The position numbers and the translations under genes were made by a program. Under the pieces are notes generated by a model. That model was not told the DNA's origin and searched no databases. It worked only from the letters and a program-made list of their open reading frames with translations. Of a stretch of 64,000 bases of DNA, positions 55,898 through 64,000 are shown piece by piece. Position 1 is the stretch's first letter. The number at the start of each line of letters is the position of its first letter. The DNA is taken from positions 108,378,001 to 108,442,000 of the forward strand of contig NC_086107.1 in NCBI RefSeq assembly GCF_963921235.1. The letters are read 5' to 3'. The DNA comes from Mobula hypostoma. Lineage: Eukaryota.

Positions 55898-56118
55898 TCT
55901 CAGTACTGCCTTTCTGACAGTGTGACACTCCCTCAGTACCATCCTCTGACGGTGTGACACTCCCTCAGTACCATCCTCTGATGGTGTGACACTCCCTCAG
56001 TACCATCCCTCTGACGGTGCGGCACCCCCTCGGTACCATTCCTCTGACGGCACTCCCTCGGTACCGTCTCTCTGACAATGGCACTCCCTCAGTACTGTAC
56101 ATCTGCCAGTGTGGCACA
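55898..56118. repeat. Second minisatellite, 32-bp unit TGTGACACTCCCTCAGTACCATCCTCTGACGG, about 7 copies
   Basis: tgtgacactccctcagtacc starts at 55921, 55953 and 55985 (period 32), followed by 33-bp and shorter decayed units. Confidence 0.92.
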
Positions 56119-56677
56119 TCCTGAGATCCTGAGAATACTGGCCTGTACTGGCCTGATCAACTGTTAGGAACAGGCGAAAACTACAGTCTCTTCACCAAGT
56201 TAGAAAAGTGTCCACAACCTGCACATGCAAACTGCCAGTGAATGCTCGAATGCTTTGTGTAATTGCTGGAAATCTCCCTGCCTTTTTCTTGAGCCTTATA
56301 AAATAGTGGCGTGATGAATGTCACATTTAAAAGGTGTGATGTAGCCAGAAATTTCCCAATGCACTCTTCAATGGACATTTGATAAAGGCAGCCTTATCAC
56401 AAGATGTCCATAGATCTGTAAATGATTGGAGGAGATTCAGATTAATCTGACAAACTGAGTTCCTTATCTTTCTCCGGCAGAGCTGTTTAATGGTTCACAT
56501 AGCAAGCAGCCACTTAGTCTGATATTATCAACTCGGGCAGCACAGGATGGCTTCCAAATCCTGATTTATAACTGGCGTGAAGCATTCGGATTTCACAAGT
56601 CGCCAGCTCTCCAGACAATTTTCTGCTGGCACCTCCCTTCATCTCCTTTGAAGCTTGCTGTCTGCTGCAGCCTACAG

Positions 56678-56910
56678 GTCAGTAGCTTGTGGGTTCAAGT
56701 CCCGTCCTAGACACCTCCATACAAAGTTTGACATGCTCTTGATGTTGGAAACTCAATGATGTAAAGCAGAGAGCCACCCTAATCGTCATCAGAATGAATC
56801 ATATGTACATTGCTACTTGTGGGAACTTGCTACGCAGACCTTACAATGGGGACCATACCTCAAAAGTATTATAAAGTGCTTCTGGGGAAGACTAAAGCAC
56901 AATAAAATGT
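56678..56910 (+). mobile_element. Ancient DeuSINE (SacSINE1/AmnSINE-like) relic
   Basis: B-box ttgtgggttcaagtccc, Deu-domain-like cattgctacttgtgggaacttgctacgca, and 3' part cctcaaaagtattataaagtgcttctgggg (recalled similarity). Confidence 0.55.
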
Positions 56911-56962
56911 TATTTATTAACCATTTCCTTTGCATAGAACTCTGAATGAAGAAAATTTCATT

Positions 56963-57326
56963 TACAGGAGCCTCAGCACCCAAACTACCAGATTCAGGAT
57001 AGTTATTAATACCATCAGACTTTTGAACCAGTGGGGGTAACTTCACTCACCCCAAATCTCAACTGTTCCCACACTTTCAAGGATTCTTCATCTCATGTTC
57101 TTGAGATTTATTACTTATTTATTTATTACTATTATTTTTTTCTTCTTGTATTTGCACAGTTTGTTGTCTTTTGTACACTGGTTGTTTGTCTGTCTTGTTG
57201 TGTAAAGATTTTATTGTCTCTATGGTATTTCTTTGTATTTACTGAGAATGCCTGCAAGGAAATGAAGCTCAGGGTCGTATATGGTGACATACATGCACCT
57301 GGATAATAAATTTACTTTGTACTTTG
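56963..57326 (+). mobile_element. Rex-Babar LINE 3' end
   Basis: acaggagcctcagcacccaaactaccagattcagga matches 42257-42300. Tail ctcagggtcgtatatggtgacatacatg...gataataaatttactttgtactttg. Confidence 0.75.
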
Positions 57327-57394
57327 GATTTGTTCATAAACAAACTGAACGGAGTTCTACTTCCAAAGCCCTGCGGACACTCAGATGCATTCAA

Positions 57395-57970
57395 GGCTAG
57401 AGAAAACTGTATAGAGACTGGGTCAGACAACAGAGCAGCTAATCAGCTCAGTACATCATGCACACGTCCCTCCCCAGCTTCAAGAGCATCTAGAGAATGC
57501 ACTGTCTCAAGAAAGCAGAGTCTTTCTTATCAACGTTCCCCATCATCCCGGCCATGGCACCTTCTGACAGCTACCATTGCACAGGAGGTACAGAGCCTGA
57601 AATCTCACACCACCCGGTTCAGGAACAGCTACAAACATGAGAAAATCTGCAAAACAACACACACACAAAATGCTGGAGGAATTCAGCAGGTCAGGCAGCA
57701 TCTATGGAAAAGAGTAAGCAGTCAACGTTTCGGGCTGAGACGCTTTTCTACGTCCCCCCAATCAATTGGTTCCTGAATCACACACTGAGTCTTGATGAAG
57801 GTTCTCAGCCTGAAACATCGACTGTTTATTCCTCTCCATAGGTGTTGCCTGACCTGCATTTTTGCGTGCAATAATCCCAATGACTACCTCAGTACAGCAA
57901 AGTGACACTTTGCACAACAATGGACTTTGGTTTTGTTTTGTTTTAATTCTGTTCTTTCCTGTATAACTGC
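57395..57970 (+). mobile_element. Decayed Rex-Babar 3' fragment interrupted by a Penelope fold-back
   Basis: catcatcccggccatggcaccttc...aggaggtacagagcctgaaatctcacaccacccggttcaggaacagctac (HHPGH...SLKSHTTRFRNSY). 3' UTR-like sequence resumes after 57870. Confidence 0.65.
57633..57870. mobile_element. Penelope-derived fold-back element with two opposed hammerhead relics
   Basis: Left arm cacacaaaatgctggaggaattcagcaggtcaggcagcatctatggaaaagagtaagcagtcaacgtttcgggctgagac is the inverse of right arm gtcttgatgaaggttctcagcctgaaacatcgactgtttattcctctccataggtgttgcctgacctgc. Confidence 0.82.
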
Positions 57971-58232
57971 TCAGGTTTATTATTGTCACATGGATGCAGG
58001 TACAGCTAAGAGCTTGTCTTGCATCAAGTCATTACACTGAGCATTGAAGAGACTAGAATGAAATAATGGAAGTAATGAGCAGAGGTAAAGGAAACTGCCT
58101 GTCATGAGTTTCTATGCTCCGAAATCACCTCCTCTTATTTTTCCCATCTCATTTCTCAAAGTGAAATGTGGACAGGAACTAGAATGGACACTTGCTAATT
58201 GCCTCCCACTTCTGTGCACCAGGCTGTGTATC

Positions 58233-58458
58233 GGGTGGCACGGTAGTGTAGTGGTTAGCACAACGCTTTACGGTACAGGTGAGGAGTTTGTGCGTTCTCC
58301 CAGTGACCACGTGGGTTCCCTCTGGGTGCTCCAGTTTCAAGACATACCGGTCAGTTGGTTAATTGGTCACTCTAAATTGTCCCGCGATTAGGCTAGGATT
58401 AAAATCGGGGAATTGGTGGAGAAGAGCTCGCTCCATGTTGTATCTCAATAAAAGTAAA
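58233..58458 (+). mobile_element. V-SINE (internally deleted)
   Basis: gggtggcacggtagtgtagtggttagcac head, V-domain ggagtttgtgcgttctcccagtgaccacgtgggttccctctgggtgctccagtttc, and ggttaattggtcactctaaattgtcccg. Confidence 0.85.
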
Positions 58459-58709
58459 CTAGAATGGACACAGTGGGTGAGAGAGGAACAATGCACAGAA
58501 AAAACCCCCCACCTACGCAATGGACTGTAGGGCAGGAATAGCGACAGAATAATCCTTGTCTGGGTAGTACTGTCTCTGATTAATAATCAACTACTCCTCT
58601 TCTTTTACCTCCCAAAAATATATTTTCTAAAATAATAAACTCTGGAAAATTAAACATCCTGTTCTGTCCATCTCTCAAACAAAGTCTCTGAAACTTGTAT
58701 AATTTATAT

Positions 58710-59125
58710 AGAGCACAGTACAGACCCTTCAACCCTTAATGTCGTGTTAACCTCTTACTTTATACTTTATAAAGTATAAAGTATAAATACAGACCTTTCA
58801 GCCCATAATGTTGTGCTAACCTCTTAACCTATTCTAAGATTAGTCTAACCCTTCCCTCATACATAACCCTCCCTTTTTTCTATCATCCGTGTGCCTGCCT
58901 AAAAGTTTCTTAAATGCTCCTAATGTGGCCTTTGCCACCACCCTGGCAGTGTGTTCAACGCACCCGCCACTCTCTGTGTAACAAGCATACCTCTGATGTC
59001 CCCGCCATAATTCCCTCCCGTCACCACAATATTATGCCCCCCATATCAGCCATTTCCATCCTGGGAAAAATGTCTCTGGCTATCCACTCGATCTATGCCT
59101 CTTATCACCTTGTACCTTTGTCAAG
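58710..59125 (-). mobile_element. CR1 3' fragment with locally duplicated tail
   Basis: Reverse complement of the CR1 3' end at 61800-62160 (caccaccctggcagtgtgttcaacgcacccgccactctctgtgt; atcagccatttccatcctggg; tatgcctcttatcaccttgtacc). Confidence 0.8.
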
Positions 59126-59844
59126 CAAGGTACAGGAGCTGAATAGCCCACTCCTGGTCTCATTATGAAGCGACTTTTGCCCACTCGAGCAGAAGCTGAG
59201 TCATTTTCGTGAAATAAGTTATTGATCTGACTATAGAAATCAGTCCTTATTTTAAGTAAATAACAAGTCCGCATTGAAGTTGGTTTTGTGGATAACAGTC
59301 TAGTGGAGAACCTATCGGGTGAGCATGTTATTACATGATGGACACCTTTTGATTGGGTTTAAGAACACAATCAGACTTGTTTTGAAAACCTCTTAATCAT
59401 CACTTCAAAAGAAAATTAATAGTGTTTTACCGCAGCTACTGATATTAAATGACATGAACATCTATACCAGTGTAAAAATAGCACCCTGAACGTAAGTCTT
59501 GTCTATATGCAAATTGCTGTTTCACACTTCAAAAAAGAACATGGAATTATTTTCAAAATTATGGAGAAACTCATCCTGCAACAGAAAATAACTTAATAAC
59601 ACTGGAGTTGGACTGTCTATAATCTCTGGCTAACTTTAGCAATCTATTTTGAACTAGAGTTAAAGAGAGTTTCAGTGTATCACACCTTCAAATCAATAAA
59701 ATACTTACAAAGTATATATTTGAACTCTGTCTGACCACCAACAAACATAGACCAACGTGCACAATTCTTTGGAGGTGAACTGATCCCATACCAAAGTATT
59801 AATGCTTCTCTGGAAAATACAAACTAACAACGGCAGAGAGGGAC

Positions 59845-60070
59845 CCTTTTCAGCCAGAGGGTAGTGAATTTGTAGATTTTCTTGCTACAGAGGGTTGTGG
59901 AGGACGAGTCACTGGCTATTTAAGCCCGAGATTGATAAGCTCGTGACTGGTAAGGTGGTTGAGGGTTATGGCAAGAAGGTCGGGGAATGGGCTCGAAAAA
60001 AAAACAATCATGGCAGAACAAACTCAATTGGCCTAATTCTGCTCCTGTAGCTCACGATCTTATAGTTCTG
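59845..60070 (+). mobile_element. CR1 3' end fragment
   Basis: ttttcagccagagggtagtgaatttgtag (FSQRVVNL) ... gagattgataag ... ggcctaattctgctcct tail. Confidence 0.75.
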
Positions 60071-60169
60071 CCCATGATCAAAGCATTGTGGGAGATCCGA
60101 ACATCGAGACAGTAGTGTACACTGCTGCCCAAATAAGGGACACTGCAGACTGTAACATCATGACCATGA

Positions 60170-60205
60170 GTTGTTGGTCTCCCCTCTCACTGTGGAAGGA
60201 GTGAT

Positions 60206-60258
<53 letters not shown>

Positions 60259-60540
60259 ATGGCACGTTGAACTGTTGGGGTAAACTTTTCAATGAACTTT
60301 AGATCATGGTCTCATTAGGGGCTTTGTTATTCCTTGCATGGTGGGTGGTGGGGGGGGTAATGGTTTTTTGCTGAGGCAGGTGGGGCTGGGGGAGGGAAGG
60401 GGTGCCTTGGGGTTCTCACATTTTCCTGTCATTCATTCTTTGGGGATTTTCTTCTGTTTTGTGGATGTCTGCGGAGAGTAGGAATTTCAGGTTGTATACC
60501 ATATACATTCCTTGATATTAAATGAAATTATTGAACCGTT
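60170..60540 (+). mobile_element. Unclassified non-autonomous retroposon, family C (copy 2), containing a (GA)n expansion
   Basis: The 3' part matches the reverse complement of 52512-52700. Confidence 0.7.
60209..60256. repeat. (GA)24 microsatellite
   Basis: Directly visible dinucleotide run. Confidence 0.98.
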
Positions 60541-60839
60541 CCTCTCAATCCCTGTAACTGTACCAAATGATACATGGATCAGGAGTGGATAGATTTTCAT
60601 CATGGATTATGCCAATTTTGAAAAAGTTAATGGAAATAAAAGTAGAGGGCTGTGTCTTATGTACCACATACATATATACATGTGTTCAAAATCTGTCCGG
60701 TAGTAAGTCTCACCAATCTCTGGTGAATTTAAACTTAGTTCCCCTGTTATCCCACGTGGGAGTCCTGGCATCCTAGAAATCATGGAGAAAATTTGGAAAA
60801 CAGTAGCATTTTTGTTAGAAAGTCCAGTAGAGTCAAAAT

Positions 60840-61248
60840 ACTGAGACACAGGAGATTCTGTAGATCCTGCTAGTCTTGAGCAACCCACACAAAATGCTGG
60901 AGGAACTCAGCAGGTCAGGCAGCATCAATAGAGAGGATAAAGCAGTCAGCGTTCTGGGCTGGGGCACTGGACTGGAAAGGAAGAGGGAAGAAGGCAAAAT
61001 AAGAAGGTGGTGAGAAGGGGAAGGAGTACAAGCTGGCAGGTGATAGGTGAAGTCACTCATTTACCTTCCCCCTTAATTGTACCTGCCAGCTTGCAGCCCT
61101 TCTTCTCCCCCACCTTCTTATTCAGGCCTCTTCCCCCTTCCATTACAATCCTGATGAAGGGTCTTGGCCTAAGATGTTGACCATTTTGTTCCCTCCATAG
61201 ATGCTGCCTGACCTGCTGAGTTCTTGCATTTTGTGAATATTGCTCAAA
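60840..61248. mobile_element. Penelope-derived fold-back element (about 400 bp, long inverted arms) with hammerhead relic
   Basis: cacaaaatgctggaggaactcagcaggtcaggcagcatc...aataagaaggtgg...caagctggcaggt pairs with acctgccagcttg...ccaccttcttatt...gatgctgcctgacctgctgagttc..gcattttgtg. CTGATGA is at 61151-61157. Confidence 0.85.
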
Positions 61249-61249
61249 A

Positions 61250-62160
61250 TCGTTGCTGATGACACAAAGGCTGGGGTGTTGTGGACAGTCTGGAGGATTG
61301 TCAGAGGTTACAGTGGGACATCGGTAGGATGCAGAACTGGGCTGAAAAGTGGCAGATGGACTTCAACCCAGGTAAGTGTGAAGTGGTTCATTTTGGTAGG
61401 TCAAATTTGAAGACAGAATATAATATTAATGGTGAGACTCTTGGCAGTGTGGAGGATGTGAGAGATCTTGGGGTCTGTGTCCATAAGACACTCAAAGCTG
61501 CTGCGCAGGTTGACAGTGTTGTTAAGAAGGCGTATGGTGTGTTGGCATTCATCAACCGTGGGATTGAGTTCAAGAGCCATGAGGTAATGTTACAGCTATA
61601 TAAGACCTTGGTCAGACCCCGCTTGGAGTACTGTGTTCATTTATGGTCACCTCACTACAGGAAGAATCTGGATACTATAAAGAGAGTGCAGAGGAGATTT
61701 ACAAGGATGTTGCCTGGATTGAAGGGCATACCTTATGAGAATAGCCTGAGTGAACTTGGCCTTTTCTCCTCGGAGCGGTGGAGGATGAGAGATGATCTGA
61801 CAGAGGTGTATAAGATGATGAGGGGCATTGATCATGTAGATAGCTAGAGGCTTTGTCCCAGGGCTGAAATGGCTAACACGAGGGGGCATAGTTTAATGGT
61901 GCTTGGAAATAGGTACCGAGGGGATGTCAGGGGTAAGTTTTTCACACAGAGAACTGTGGGTGCGTGGAATGCACCGCCGGCAGTGGTGGAAGGGGATAGA
62001 ATAGGGTCTTTTAAGACCCTCTTAGATAGGTACATGGAGCTTAGAAAAATAGAGAGCTATGCGCTAGGGATATTCTTGGCAGTCTCTCAAGTTGGTTACA
62101 TGTTGGCTCAACTTTGTGGGCCAAAGGGCCTGTAATGTGCTGTAGATTTCTATGTTCTAT
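61250..62160 (+). mobile_element. 5'-truncated CR1 LINE (RT C-terminal half and 3' UTR)
   Basis: ADDTK motif at about 61255. WAEKWQMDFNPGKCEVVHFGRSN...LYKTLVRPRLEYCVHLWSPHY...VQRRFTRMLPGL; NTRGHSL...FFTQRTVGAWNA. Tail gggcctgtaatgtgctgtagatttctatgttcta. Confidence 0.95.
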
Positions 62161-62309
62161 TACCAGGATCTGCAGATTCTCCTGTCCCAGAATTCTAACT
62201 CCGCTGGACTTTCTCACAAAAATGCTAGTCTTCCCCAAATTTTCACCCTGATTTCTAGGACTACCAGGACTGTCATATGGGATAACAGGGAAACTACATT
62301 CGCATTCAC

Positions 62310-63100
62310 TAGAGGTTGGTGAGACCTAAGAAGTTCTGAAATGCTCCACAGACCAGATGTTCCCCTGGTTAGGGAGTCAAGACAAGGTGAAGATATTGGG
62401 TAAGTTACTTTGGACTGAGATGAAGAGAAATTTCTTGAGAGGGTGGGCAATTCACAAACAGAGAAGGTAGTGGATGCCAAGCCACTGACGTACTTAAGAG
62501 TAGGAAGATTTCTAGATGCAAAAGGCGTCAAGATGGATGGTGGGGTGAGTATGTATATGGTCTAAAGGATCAGCCAGGATTGTATAAATGGAAAATTAGG
62601 CTTCAAAATCCAAATGGCCAACTCCTGCACTGATTTTTTTGTTTTCAACCACTGTGCTCTCGTTCCCTTGTCAGGGGAAAAGCTCACCATGATTACCAGA
62701 ATAGAATCACTGCATCAACTGAAGTCAGGTTCAGGGTAATCGTTAAGACTAGGAGAAGTGAGAATTGCTCTCGCTGAAGGAGATAAGGTTAAGAGGAGGC
62801 TAAATCACGCTGTTTAAAGATAACCTCACAAGGGATTCTGACAGAGTAAAGATGGAGGAATTGCCTTCGGTGCCGTGAAGTTTGGCGCAGATATAAGGTG
62901 AGCAGCAAAATAAAAGAAGGGAAGTTAGGAAAACTCCTGAATGATTGTCATATTGACCACAGCAGTCTTTGAAAGGCAACTGGTTTCAAATACTACAGAG
63001 GAAGATCTGGGAAAGGTGGGGAGGGCAGGGGACTTAGAATTTATTTTATTGTTTATAGGGTCACAGACAAAATGGGCCCATCACCCCTTCCTGTGACTTT
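62310..63100 (+). mobile_element. Two highly decayed CR1 3' fragments
   Basis: gagatgaagagaaatttcttgagagggtgggcaattc and ttgctctcgctgaaggagataaggttaagaggaggctaaatc...gggattctgacagagtaaagatggag resemble the CR1 C-terminal coding region. Confidence 0.45.
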
Positions 63101-63879
63101 CTGAGCTACGGTCTAAAAGACCCTTTCTGGCTGCTCATTACTTGCAAGGTGGTAAGTAACCAAAAGTTTTATAAACACAACCTCCAGGGTCTCTCGCAAG
63201 CCACTGCAAACTTTACCCAGAGGGTTGGTTTGGAACCAGCCCAGTGAAGGGCAGCCAATGAAATGAGTCACAGCCGAAGACTTGCATCCCTGACCTTTCA
63301 GTCAACTGTCCAGCCAAAATAAATGGGATCCAAAATAACTCATATCTATTCTCTTTTGGCAGCCAAGTGAACCTGAATTTATGAGACTTTGGGCACTGGC
63401 AATACTTTTGCATCAGCCACTCTTCCATGAGATATGTGATGTTCCAAAGCACTTTTTTCTCTGACTGGAACAGAGCAATTCATCAAAGATTTCATACCAT
63501 GTCCTTATTTAGTTACAACCATGTAGAGTTACCTTAAGACATTTTAAATATGTACACTCAGTAGTAATTTTATTACGTCCTGTACCTAATAAGTTCGCTA
63601 CTGAATGTATTTCTGTATGTTCTTGGTCTTCTGCTGCTGTAATCCGTCCAATCTCTCTTCAGATCATAGCCCCGCTACCCCCAGAAATCTGACATAAAAG
63701 GAGAAAATCGCAGGACTACTCCACATGTACCACAGCCCTGCTATTAGCAATGCATGTTACCTTCTAACTTCTAATTGCCTCCATTTAATTGGTCTCGCTG
63801 TGACACAGATATTCCCATTGCACTATGTTCCCACAGCTTCTCTGCAACTTATAGTTAGATGTTTTTATCTTCTTTCCCA

Positions 63880-63970
63880 TATCTGATAAACCTGAAACAT
63901 TATGTGTTCTCCTTTCCACAGACGCTGCTCGACCTGATGAGCATTTCCAGCGCTTTCTGTTTTTGTTTCT
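63880..63970 (+). mobile_element. Old Penelope-like terminal-repeat fragment
   Basis: cctgaaacattatgtgttctcctttccacagacgctgctcgacctgatgagcatttccagcgctttctgtttttg matches the fold-back right arms. Confidence 0.6.
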
Positions 63971-64000
63971 AACTAAGGCAGGCTCAGCAGTGCTCGCGCA

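Noticed and set aside
58177..58471. 15-bp direct repeat aactagaatggacac around the V-SINE as a target-site duplication
   Set aside because: The left copy is about 40 bp away from the SINE start, so it is not a clean target-site duplication. At most a local rearrangement.
44364..62135. RT-like ORFs as functional host genes
   Set aside because: All are 5'-truncated, frameshifted or stop-interrupted LINE fragments with retroelement tails.

Overview
This is vertebrate genomic DNA with no prokaryotic-type genes. The repeat content (V-SINE/HE1-like SINEs, CR1 and Rex-Babar LINEs, Penelope-derived elements) points to a cartilaginous fish, probably a ray or skate; that assignment is inference. Bases 1-38046 are one uninterrupted satellite, already running at the window start. 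It holds roughly 1,190 copies of a 32-bp unit, CACACTGTACCCCAACACATCCCACCCTCTC(T/C), with extreme C/A versus G/T strand asymmetry, patchwork higher-order duplications (480 bp to about 8.5 kb spacing), two variant sub-domains and a decayed right margin to about 39.55 kb. All long ORFs in this part are by-products of a stop-free repeat unit. Bases 39.6-64 kb are intron or intergenic-like DNA dense with truncated and nested retroelements. These include CR1, Rex-Babar, V-SINE, a DeuSINE relic, several unclassified GC-rich non-autonomous retroposons, and Penelope-derived fold-back elements carrying decayed hammerhead-ribozyme motifs. A few unique islands (49.7-50.45, 55.3-56.7, 59.1-59.8 and 63.1-63.5 kb) contain candidate exons that I cannot assign to a named gene. 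Family assignments come from recalled motifs rather than database searches, and most element boundaries are approximate (about +/-20 bp).
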